A stretch of DNA of 64,000 nt from an archaeon (lineage in GTDB: Archaea; Micrarchaeota; Micrarchaeia; Norongarragalinales; UBA97): contig JAGVFW010000003.1 of NCBI GenBank assembly GCA_020057405.1, forward strand, positions 1 to 64,000. The letters are read 5' to 3'. A program made the position numbers and the translations under genes. Of this stretch, positions 1-8,166 are shown one piece after another (the stretch's first letter is position 1; the number at the start of each line of letters is the position of its first letter). The notes under the pieces were generated by a model, which ran no database searches, was not told the origin of the DNA, and was given only the letters and a program-made list of their open reading frames with translations.

Positions 1-180
1 ATCACCTGCGCCGCCTCAGTTGGCGCGAATGCAGCCGCAACCTGCAACATCGCAGCCTTCACCGCCGCAGGCACAACCGGAACCTCGTTCTCGAGAACGT
101 CAATCCCCATCGCCTACACGGACTCCCGCTCGACAATTGCGCACACCGACACGGGCTTCGTCGCAGGCAAGCTCGAGTAA
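1..180 (+). CDS. C-terminal end of a probable pilin-like/secreted protein (5' truncated by window)
   Basis: Frame 1 is open from base 1 to TAA at 178-180: ITCAASVGANAAATCNIAAF...IPIAYTDSRSTIAHTDTGFVAGKLE. The Cys pair and Y..HT.TG C-terminus resemble DPANN pilin-like proteins. Not in the ORF track. Confidence 0.55.
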   Translation: MTCAASVGANAAATCNIAAFTAAGTTGTSFSRTSIPIAYTDSRSTIAHTDTGFVAGKLE

Positions 181-183
181 GTT

Positions 184-238
184 CCCTTTGGGGGCCTTTT
201 GGCTCCAACCTCTCTTTTTCTAAAATTCTTTTTTCTTT
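184..238 (+). terminator. Hairpin plus T-tracts after the first CDS
   Basis: CCC-TTT-GGG short hairpin followed by several T runs. Confidence 0.4.
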
Positions 239-293
239 AACTCCTTAGCCTGCTCGCTGCAAAACGCTTTTATGCTGGCACTGGCGAATCACA

Positions 294-1228
294 ATGGTGA
301 AGCGGCTTTTCGCAATTTTCTTGCTCGTGCAAATCGGCCAGCTTGCCGCTATTAGCGAAACGCGGACTTTCTCGGCTGAGGCAAGCACGATAGAGAAGCT
401 CGTTGAAGTGCAGGCTGACTTTTCACTCGAGTCTTTGCTGCCTGGGGTCGAATACGCTGGCTCATTGCGCGTTGACTACGCCGTGCCGGCAGCCTCGTTG
501 CGCAACATCAACGTACCCGAGGTAGTGATTCATGTGCGGGCAAGCGGAGTAAAGGGAGACACCTGGTTCTATTTCCGTGGCCTTGACGGCAAGTCTCAAC
601 AGGCTGCTGGCACGGTTGACTTTGAACTAGAGTGCGTAGTAGCGCAAGGCGCTTGCGACCCGGAACGCTCTACTCTTTCGGCTACTGTGCCGGTCTACTA
701 CCTGGCGCCAAAGGCGCAAGCGGCGGCGACGACGGAGTGACGGTGGTGGCGCAGCTTGATGACTTCCAAACCGAGCCGCCGGCAATTGACTTTGGCTCTC
801 CACAGCCGTCCTGGCAAGAGTCGGGCCAGTCCGAAGCACCGATAGGGCAAGAAAGCCAATCAGCTAATGCCGTTGGACAAGCGGGAGGCGTGCAGGGTTT
901 TGCCAGCGAAATTGCCTCCCTTCCGGGAAAGGCATTCGAGGAAGTAAAGCAATTCATTGGCGAAAAAACCGGAGTTGGTAGTAATCAGAACGAGGAAAAT
1001 CCGGTTGGGCGCGGTAACGGTGAGAACTTATTGGTCGAGGAAACTCAGCCGAGCCTAGTTCAAACAACGAAAGAACGTGCCAGCGACCCCTTTTCTGGCT
1101 TTGTCATTGCCGTAACGCGCGATTGGCTAACTAGCTTGCTTATTTTGGCAGGACTTGTGGCAGTAGTGTTAATTGCTACAAAGAAGCGCGACAAAGAAAA
1201 TGACGCGGGCGCCGGACGCGGCTTTTAG
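294..1228 (+). pseudogene. Frameshifted surface protein (signal peptide plus C-terminal TM anchor), split into ORFs 294-740 and 632-1228
   Basis: ORF1 begins with a signal peptide. ORF2 ends with a TM helix and basic tail. One extra base near 711-714 joins YYLAPK to GASGGDDGVTVV. Confidence 0.55.
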
Positions 1229-2676
1229 GCGGGCGACCACTTGGGCCCGCTTGGCGTATCCTGCAAGAGGACGCCGTGCTCCAAAAGTTCTTCGCGGATT
1301 TTGTCGGCTAGCTTGAAGTCCTTGGCTTTTCGCGCCGCCTCGCGCTGGGCCATCTTTTCTTCAACCCACTTGCGCAGGTCGGCGGGCAGCTTCTTTTCCT
1401 CCATGAGAGGGAAAATGCCCAGGACATGGTCGAAGTGTTCGAGTGCCAAGAGAACTAGCATTGCGCTCTTCTCAGACAAGGAACCAGTGGCAAGAAGCTT
1501 GTTGGTCTCGCTGACGAGTTCGAAGACCACGGCAATGGCTTGCGGAGTGTTAAGGTCGTCAAAAAGGACTGCGTCGAACGCTTTTTCGGCGGCACTGCAG
1601 GCGGTCTGCGCTGCCTTCTCGTCGGTGCCTACCTCGATTTTGGCACTAGTTAGCTTGTAGTCGGGCTTGAGTTTGGCTAGCTCGAGCATTTGGGTGCGGA
1701 AGAGGGCGAGGCGCTTGACTGAACCCTCGGCGGCCTCGAGAGACTCGAAAGTGAAGTTTAGCTGGGTGCGGTAGTGGCCGGCTAAGAGGAGCCACCTGAC
1801 TGCTGCTGGCGAGTGCCCGCGGGCGAGGACGTCGCGCAGGGTGAAGAAGTTGCCGAGGCTCTTGCTCATTTTCCTGCCGTCGACGAGTAAGTGCTCGCAG
1901 TGCGCCCAGTGGAGTGCAAGAGGCTTGCCGCTTGCTCCCTCTGACTGCGCGATTTCGTTTTCGTGGTGCGGGAAGATGAGGTCAACACCGCCAGCGTGCA
2001 GGTCGAAGGGTTGGCCCAGGTATTGCGTGCTCATTGCGCTGCACTCTAAGTGCCAGCCCGGCCGGCCTTTGCCAAAGGGCGAGTCCCAGCCGACTTCCCC
2101 GTCGCCGGCGTCGTGCGCCTTCCAGAGGGCAAAGTCGCTGGCATTGTCTTTATCGTAATTGTCGTTCTCCACGCGTGCCCCAGCCCTTAGCTCGTCCATT
2201 TTGAGGCCCGAGAGCCTGCCATAGTGCTTGAAGCTTTTGACCGAGTAGTAGACGCTGCCATCGGCGGTCTTGTAGGCAACGCCTTTAGCAATCAGGGCGC
2301 GGATTAGCTCAATCATTGCCCCCACGTGCTCGGTTGCCCGCGGAGTGTGGTGCGGCTTTTTGATGCCCAGGCGGGCGAGGTCCTCAAAAAACGCGTGCTC
2401 AAAGCCTTGGGTGAAGTCTTTTAGGGGCACGCCCGCCTTTTGCGCGCCCGCTATTGTCTTGTCGTCGACATCCGTGATGTTCATGACGTGGTTAACGGGG
2501 GTGCCTGAGAGTTCGATGGTGCGGCGCAGGACGTCCTCGAAGACGAAAGTGCGGAAGTTGCCTATGTGGGCGTAGTCGTAGACTGTCGGGCCGCAGGCGT
2601 AGAAGCGCACGGACTTGCCGTCGGCTGCCTTCAGGGGCTTTTTCTTGCGCGAGAGCGTGTCAAAGAGCTGCAGCAT
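1225..2676 (-). CDS. cysS: Cysteine--tRNA ligase
   Basis: CGPTVYDYAHIGN, GRPGWHLECSAM, HHENE and KMSKS motifs. Confidence 0.98.
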   Translation of the reverse strand: MLQLFDTLSRKKKPLKAADGKSVRFYACGPTVYDYAHIGNFRTFVFEDVLRRTIELSGTPVNHVMNITDVDDKTIAGAQKAGVPLKDFTQGFEHAFFEDLARLGIKKPHHTPRATEHVGAMIELIRALIAKGVAYKTADGSVYYSVKSFKHYGRLSGLKMDELRAGARVENDNYDKDNASDFALWKAHDAGDGEVGWDSPFGKGRPGWHLECSAMSTQYLGQPFDLHAGGVDLIFPHHENEIAQSEGASGKPLALHWAHCEHLLVDGRKMSKSLGNFFTLRDVLARGHSPAAVRWLLLAGHYRTQLNFTFESLEAAEGSVKRLALFRTQMLELAKLKPDYKLTSAKIEVGTDEKAAQTACSAAEKAFDAVLFDDLNTPQAIAVVFELVSETNKLLATGSLSEKSAMLVLLALEHFDHVLGIFPLMEEKKLPADLRKWVEEKMAQREAARKAKDFKLADKIREELLEHGVLLQDTPSGPKWSPA

Positions 2677-2737
2677 CGTTAAGCTTCAATGAAAACGCTT
2701 ATTTATACGGAGGGGACAAAGAGGGTTTGGTGGAATT

Positions 2738-3415
2738 GTGGTGTTTGTACGGTGGCTTGGCCACTCAAGTTTTGAGCTAATCATGGAGGGCAAGACTATC
2801 TTGCTTGACCCGTGGTTTGACGGCACTCCTAAGCAAATGACGCGGCTCGTCCCGCCCGCGATTAGCGAGGACAAGATTCGCGCCTGCGACCTGATTTTCA
2901 TCAGCCACGAGCACTTTGACCACTGTTCCCCATTTGATGTCAACTCAATAGTGCAACGGACTTACGCGCACGTCGTGGCGCCTGAGGAGAGCATGGCGCT
3001 ATTAAACATTCCTACGCGGAGCAAGGTGAGTGCGAATGCGGGCGAGACGTTCACTTTTCATGGCATTGACGTTGAAGTCGTCGAGGCACGCCATCCCCAG
3101 AGCGTAAACCCGGTCGGGTACATCATCCGCGGCGAAGGCAAGAGCGTGTACTTTGCGGGCGACACTTACGAGTACTACGGCATGAGCGAGTACGACGTTG
3201 ACGTGGCGCTTTTGCCCATTGGGGGAACCATTTGCATGGACCCCATCGCTGCTCTCAAGGCGGTTAAGACGATGAAGGCCAAGTACGTCGTGCCAATGAG
3301 CTACGACACTTTCACTCAGCTAAAGCAAGAGCCCCGCGACTTTGCCGCCCGCGTAAAGGCCTCGACGAAAACGAGCCCGGTTGTGCTGAAGCTAGGCGAA
3401 GGCTTCGACATCTAA
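2738..3415 (+). CDS. Metallo-beta-lactamase-fold metal-dependent hydrolase (UPF0173-like)
   Basis: WLGHSSF, SHEHFDH, YFAGDT and ALLPIGG motifs. Confidence 0.9.
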   Translation: MVFVRWLGHSSFELIMEGKTILLDPWFDGTPKQMTRLVPPAISEDKIRACDLIFISHEHFDHCSPFDVNSIVQRTYAHVVAPEESMALLNIPTRSKVSANAGETFTFHGIDVEVVEARHPQSVNPVGYIIRGEGKSVYFAGDTYEYYGMSEYDVDVALLPIGGTICMDPIAALKAVKTMKAKYVVPMSYDTFTQLKQEPRDFAARVKASTKTSPVVLKLGEGFDI

Positions 3416-3473
3416 ATCTATAAGCATACATTTAAATTGATGCTTTTTCTAAATGTTTACGGTGAGTTCGCAT

Positions 3474-3725
3474 ATGTCCAATACTACGACAATGACGATA
3501 AACGTGAGGAAGGATGTCCTTGACGAGTTTAGGGACGCTGCGGGGAAAGTGTACGGGGGAGGCAAGGGCCACCTCGGCAAGGCGGTGGCGGAAGCGCTTT
3601 CTTCTTGGGCCTCATTACACAAGCGCGGGAGTGCGGAGGAGAGGGCGCTAAAATTGCTTGAAAAGGGATACCACTTGGGTTACGACGCAAAGAAGTTGAG
3701 GCGAGAGGACATCTATGACCGTTGA
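3474..3725 (+). CDS. Putative antitoxin (RHH/VapB-like)
   Basis: Small protein overlapping the PIN gene. TMTINV beta-strand, RREDIYDR C-terminus, GGTGA SD upstream. Confidence 0.75.
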   Translation: MSNTTTMTINVRKDVLDEFRDAAGKVYGGGKGHLGKAVAEALSSWASLHKRGSAEERALKLLEKGYHLGYDAKKLRREDIYDR

Positions 3726-4149
3726 AAAGCCGGTTTTCATCGACACTAACGTGCTAGTGTACGCCTCCGACTTGGACAGTGCGGACAAGCGAGAGAAAGC
3801 CAAGGAAATCGTTGAGAACGTGTTCGCAGGCAGGCTAGTGGCCTCTGTTTCAAACCAAGTGCTGTCCGAATTTTTTTACGCCGTAACTCGAAAGACCGCA
3901 AGCAGGATACCGCCCCTAGAGGCAAGCGAAATCGTGCAAGCCATTGTCGGCTCGCCTAAATGGATGAAATTCAATTATACTGCTGAAACGGCGAGGAAGG
4001 CGGCTTTCGCAAGCGCCAAAACGGGCAGCAGTTACTGGGACGAGCTGATAGTCCAGACTATGCTAGAGAATGGCGTGGCCACCATCTATACCGAAAACAC
4101 CAAGGATTTTGAAGGCAAAGGCATCCAATTAGTCAACCCGTTCAAGTAG
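3715..4149 (+). CDS. vapC: PIN-domain toxin (VapC family)
   Basis: FIDTNVLVY, VLSEF, SYWD and YTENTKDF acidic PIN residues. Confidence 0.9.
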   Translation: MTVEKPVFIDTNVLVYASDLDSADKREKAKEIVENVFAGRLVASVSNQVLSEFFYAVTRKTASRIPPLEASEIVQAIVGSPKWMKFNYTAETARKAAFASAKTGSSYWDELIVQTMLENGVATIYTENTKDFEGKGIQLVNPFK

Positions 4150-4237
4150 AGTAGCCCCCAGCTTGTTCGGCTTCACCCAACTGTTTTTATAGCATTACGG
4201 AGCTAAGGAACTTACACACATCTAGAGGTGCGTTTTA

Positions 4238-4651
4238 ATGGGAGTTATTGGCGGAAGAGTTGACAGTTTTTCGGCAAAGCGCAAGAGCGACGAGGCAATC
4301 AAGTCACTAAACATCAACATCCTCATTGACGAGGTCCAGCGGGACGGCAGGCTGCTTAAGATAAACTACACTTGCCGCACGGGGTATTCGCCCGACGCTG
4401 CGGAGCTTGAAGTCAAGGGAACGATGATGTGGGAAGAGGAAAATGACGCCAAGGCAAAGGCAATCCAAACCGAGTACGACAAGGCAAAGCGCCTGCCCGA
4501 TCAGGTTGCTGAAGAAGTCATCACCGCAGTAAACTACACGAATTCGGCAGTCGGCACGCTCATGGCATTTGGCCTGGGCATCACCGCGCCAATCAACGTC
4601 GCCCGCGCTAAAGTCAACGCCAAGGCAGGCAGCCAAGGCAAGGCCAACTAA
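4238..4651 (+). CDS. Conserved archaeal hypothetical protein
   Basis: 137 aa with coding-like codon usage and a GAGGTG SD. Confidence 0.7.
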   Translation: MGVIGGRVDSFSAKRKSDEAIKSLNINILIDEVQRDGRLLKINYTCRTGYSPDAAELEVKGTMMWEEENDAKAKAIQTEYDKAKRLPDQVAEEVITAVNYTNSAVGTLMAFGLGITAPINVARAKVNAKAGSQGKAN

Positions 4652-4662
4652 AACGCCCGCTT

Positions 4663-4689
4663 CCGGCCCCGCAAAGCCGGTTTTTCTTT
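4663..4689 (+). terminator. Hairpin plus T-tract
   Basis: CCGGC...GCCGG followed by TTTTTCTTT. Confidence 0.5.
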
Positions 4690-4840
4690 ACCCCTAGCGG
4701 ATGCCCTAGAGCCCCAAAATCAATACCGAAGCAGTATAATTGGCTCTGCTTTTGCCGGCCGGACCGTTTTTCGATATATTCGGGCCTCCAAGCCCTCCAA
4801 AGGCAGCTCAGAAAGAGGCGTTTTCAGCAGGGGCCATACC

Positions 4841-4909
4841 AAGCCGGTGTAACGGGAAAGCCGAATACGAAAAACGCGTGGCCGCCAAGGGCTGAAACCG
4901 CGTTTTCGT
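4841..4909 (-). ncRNA. Candidate structured RNA motif, copy 1
   Basis: Shares ordered sequence blocks and a hairpin with 21297-21371 (see findings). Confidence 0.35.
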
Positions 4910-4918
4910 GCTTTTGAG

Positions 4919-5182
4919 CTAGATAGGCGAATACCAGCGCTTGTACTGACCGTGATTGCCAATGAAATAGATCGTCTTGGTTCTGGAGGACAGGTCGGTT
5001 TGAAAGGCAATTCGGTAGCCGCCGACTTCCTCGATGAAGTAAGGCATGCCGTGCTCCAGGTGGCGGCTCTTTTCTTTGGTTTTGAGTTGCTCGAGTTTCT
5101 TTAAAATTCGTTGTTTGACTGCAGCGTCGAAATCCTTGAAGTGCTTGTCCCAACCGGAAGCGTACTTCAGTTCGTACGTCAT
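4919..5182 (-). CDS. relE: RelE/ParE-family toxin
   Basis: 87 aa: YELKY...FD..VKQRILKKL...VGGYRIAF...YFIGNH. Confidence 0.8.
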   Translation of the reverse strand: MTYELKYASGWDKHFKDFDAAVKQRILKKLEQLKTKEKSRHLEHGMPYFIEEVGGYRIAFQTDLSSRTKTIYFIGNHGQYKRWYSPI

Positions 5183-5238
5183 TGAAAGAAAATTAAGCCG
5201 GCGCTACAAGTAGTTGGTTTTGGCAGTGACTTGCCAGC

Positions 5239-5520
5239 CTAACTTTTTTTCAGGCCAAGCTCTTTTCGGTATTTTGCCAGCGCCTCGTCCTCGCCCATTA
5301 CCTTGCGCTTGCCGGACTTTATTTCCGCATCAACTTTCTTCATCTTTCGAGCGGCCATCAGGTCTTCGAGCTCCTGGGGGTTGCGAAGGACATTGAACTC
5401 TTTCCCCAATTCGAGAACGCCAACGCGAATGGCTTCCGAACGAGTGCGGAAGTAACCCAAGTCAACGAGGCGCTCTAGGACATCGGCAACGGCGCCGTCA
5501 AGGCGAACAACTGCTTCCAC
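5239..5520 (-). CDS. Ribbon-helix-helix antitoxin
   Basis: LVDLGYFRTRSEAIR CopG-type motif, directly upstream of the toxin. Confidence 0.8.
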   Translation of the reverse strand: MEAVVRLDGAVADVLERLVDLGYFRTRSEAIRVGVLELGKEFNVLRNPQELEDLMAARKMKKVDAEIKSGKRKVMGEDEALAKYRKELGLKKS

Positions 5521-5672
5521 TCAAATCACCTACAAAAGACATACAAAAGTAGGTATTTATGCCTTTGTTTAGTGGGTTGCCGAATCGCTTGGCCAGCTTA
5601 CGCTGGGAAGTTTAAAACAAAGGTCGGCCGGTTTTACCCGGCCGGAATGGTAGAAAAAAAGAGATTTCCCGT

Positions 5673-5960
5673 TCAACCGAACAAGGCGGCGAGACCGGCT
5701 GAAGCCTGCTCTTCGGCTGCTGCCTCGTCCTTCTTCTCTTCCTTCTTGTCGACAGCCGCTGCGGCTACGGGGGCTGCGGCAACGACTGCGGCCTGCTTGA
5801 TGGCCTCGTCGATGTTGACACCCGTTAGCGCGCTTACTAGCTGCTTTAACTTGATTTCGTCAACGGCGACGCCGCTGGCTGAGAGGACCTTCTTGAGGTT
5901 GGCCTCGTTTACTTCCTGCTTGCTGTTGTGCAGCATCAAAGCCGCGTAGACATATTCCAT
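5673..5960 (-). CDS. rpl12: 50S ribosomal protein P1 (aL12)
   Basis: [11 protein letters not shown] ... [16 protein letters not shown]. Confidence 0.98.
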   Translation of the reverse strand: MEYVYAALMLHNSKQEVNEANLKKVLSASGVAVDEIKLKQLVSALTGVNIDEAIKQAAVVAAAPVAAAAVDKKEEKKDEAAAEEQASAGLAALFG

Positions 5961-6003
5961 CCTAACATCCCTCTTCCAAAGTTTATTGCAAAAACATGCT
6001 TAA

Positions 6004-6846
6004 TTATGCTTGCGTAGGTGCCTCTGCCGGTGCTTGTGCCGCGGGAGCTTCTCCTGCGGGAGCCGCCTCTGCGGACTTCTCCTCGGGCTTGGCGCCCGTT
6101 GCTGCTTCTACTGCCCGCGCCTCGCGCGCCGCCTTCGTGATGAGAAGCGGCATGCTGGTGGCGTTGTAGATTTCGGCCTGGACCGCCAGGTTGACTGCGT
6201 AAGTGTGGGCGAGCGTGAGTTTCTCGATGAATGCCGTTTCGTCGACGTCGAGTGCCTCGCCGGAGTAGATGATGCCCTTGTCGAAGGCAGCCATGAGCTT
6301 GAGGCCGACTTCGATTGGCTCGATTCCTAGCTTGGCGAGGACTTTAGCGGCGTTAGCTGAAATGGGTTCGCCCTTCTTGGCGACGGTTGCGTCCCTGTCG
6401 ATGACGACTTTTCCGCCTGCAATCTTGGCTACCAGGCCGGCTTGCTTGAGTTCGGTGAGGACGGGACCGGGGGGCAGGTTGGTCTCGCCAGCAGGCACTA
6501 CTAGGTCGGCGGGCGCGATTTGGCCGGGCTTTGCCGCAGTCTTTGAGCGGCTGCCCTTGAGGGTCTTAGCGAGTTGGAACGGGTCTTGGTTGGTGAAGAG
6601 CAGCGCGGTGCTGCCGGTAAAGTGCTTTTCGAGGTCAGCTACTTCCTTTCGGCCTTCGTCAATGGCGCGCTTGAAGAGCGTGCTTCGGGCGACGATAATC
6701 TCGGCCTTGCCGCGCAACTTCTTCTTGATTGCGTTGTACTGCCTTGAGGGCAGCGACTGGAGAGTTGCCACTGCCACTACGGGGTACTTGCCGAGCGCTT
6801 CTTTGATGCGCTTGACGAATTCCGCTTTCTGTAGCTTGGTCGGCAT
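6004..6846 (-). CDS. rpl10: 50S ribosomal protein uL10 (P0)
   Basis: AKPGQIAPADLVVPAGETNLPPGP motif and operon context. Confidence 0.97.
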   Translation of the reverse strand: MPTKLQKAEFVKRIKEALGKYPVVAVATLQSLPSRQYNAIKKKLRGKAEIIVARSTLFKRAIDEGRKEVADLEKHFTGSTALLFTNQDPFQLAKTLKGSRSKTAAKPGQIAPADLVVPAGETNLPPGPVLTELKQAGLVAKIAGGKVVIDRDATVAKKGEPISANAAKVLAKLGIEPIEVGLKLMAAFDKGIIYSGEALDVDETAFIEKLTLAHTYAVNLAVQAEIYNATSMPLLITKAAREARAVEAATGAKPEEKSAEAAPAGEAPAAQAPAEAPTQA

Positions 6847-6848
6847 TT

Positions 6849-7499
6849 TTAGACACCTAGGGTGATGCGAACGGGCTTGCCCATCGTGGTTTTGATGAAC
6901 ATGCTCGCCATCTTCTGTTCCGGAATCTTCTTCTCAATTGCTTCAAGGACGGCGAGCACGTTGTCGGCAATGAGTGCCGAATCCATGTCCTCGCGGCCGA
7001 TGATGCAGTGGACGGTGGGCAGGTACTTTCCGCGCGAGCGGATTGAAATGGTTGTGCGGGCGCGCTTGACTGTGTCCTTGACGTCAGCGTTGGGCACGAT
7101 TGGCTTGGGCGACTTGCCCTTGCCGGCTAGTGCCTGGCCGAATGCTTTTCCGACTTGCGCGATGAGCTGCGGTGCGGAGAGGATGGCGCACTCCAGAATC
7201 TTGTTGATTTGGGCCTTGTCGCCTGCAATCTTGGGAATGTCGGCACCCGAGATGACCATGTCAGCGCCTGCGTTCTTTGCCTCAAGGGCGAGTTGGCCGT
7301 CGGCGAAGACCGCGACTTTCTGCTGCTTGGGCGGGTTGGGGAGGAGGACGTCGACGTTGAGGCGGTTTTCGGCCTTCTTGAAGTCGACATCGACGTTGAA
7401 GTTGAGGGCCATGTCCACGCTTTGGGTGAACTTGCGCTTGCCCTTGCTCTCGCTTAGGACTTGCGACACTGCCTTCTCGATGACTTTTTTGTCGACCAT
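6849..7499 (-). CDS. rpl1: 50S ribosomal protein uL1
   Basis: KRKFTQSVD, HCIIGREDM and KTTMGKP motifs. Confidence 0.97.
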   Translation of the reverse strand: MVDKKVIEKAVSQVLSESKGKRKFTQSVDMALNFNVDVDFKKAENRLNVDVLLPNPPKQQKVAVFADGQLALEAKNAGADMVISGADIPKIAGDKAQINKILECAILSAPQLIAQVGKAFGQALAGKGKSPKPIVPNADVKDTVKRARTTISIRSRGKYLPTVHCIIGREDMDSALIADNVLAVLEAIEKKIPEQKMASMFIKTTMGKPVRITLGV

Positions 7500-7508
7500 T
7501 AAATTCAA

Positions 7509-7542
7509 CTCCCCTCCTGCAACGCTTGCAGTTTAACGGGAG
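7509..7542 (-). promoter_or_regulatory. Candidate uL1-binding mRNA structure sequestering the rpl1 SD
   Basis: Minus strand reads CUCCC-GUUAAA-CUGCAA-GCG-UUGCAG-GA-GGGGAG. Confidence 0.6.
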
Positions 7543-7584
7543 AAACAGGTGTAACTATCTACTGAACGCAAGGGCTTAAATTAC

Positions 7585-8079
7585 TTACTCTTTGAGCACT
7601 GAATCGAACTTGCCCGCGTCGATTTCCTTTTGCACTTCGCGGGGGTCTTTTCCTTCGACAGACGCACCTAGGGTCAGGCACGTGCCGATGACTTCCTTGG
7701 CTGCTGACTTGAAGCTCTTTCCTAGTATGGCGTCGCGCTTCATGCGAACAATCTTGGCGACTTGGACCATGGTGAGGTTGCCGATGCTCTTCTTGCCCTT
7801 AACACCCGCTTCTTCCTTTACTGGTGCGGTGAGGCCGAGTTCCTTCTTGACTAGGGAGCTTACGGGGGGAGTGCCGACTTCGATTGAGAACTCCTTGGTG
7901 GTCTTGTCGATTGTGACCTTGATGGGGACCGACATTCCTGCGAAGTCTTTCGTCTTCTCGTTGATTGCGGCAATGATTTGGCCGATGTTGGCACCGCTTG
8001 GGCCGATAGCCGGGCCTAGGGGCGGTGCAGCGCTTGCCTTGCCGCCTTCAATAACAGCCGGAATAGTCATCGTAGCCAT
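7585..8079 (-). CDS. rpl11: 50S ribosomal protein uL11
   Basis: GGKASAAPPLGPAIGPSG, INEKTKDF and GTCLTLG motifs. Confidence 0.97.
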   Translation of the reverse strand: MATMTIPAVIEGGKASAAPPLGPAIGPSGANIGQIIAAINEKTKDFAGMSVPIKVTIDKTTKEFSIEVGTPPVSSLVKKELGLTAPVKEEAGVKGKKSIGNLTMVQVAKIVRMKRDAILGKSFKSAAKEVIGTCLTLGASVEGKDPREVQKEIDAGKFDSVLKE

Positions 8080-8166
8080 AGTAAAAACCACCCTGAGAAT
8101 GAGTGACGAATTAGAGTAGGTCGGCCAATGCTTAATAATTTATTGGGTAGGGCCGTTATCCACAGT

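Noticed and set aside
20-223. 67-aa P/S/Q-rich ORF in the track
   Set aside because: Frame 1 (1-180) has better codon usage and a plausible protein C-terminus
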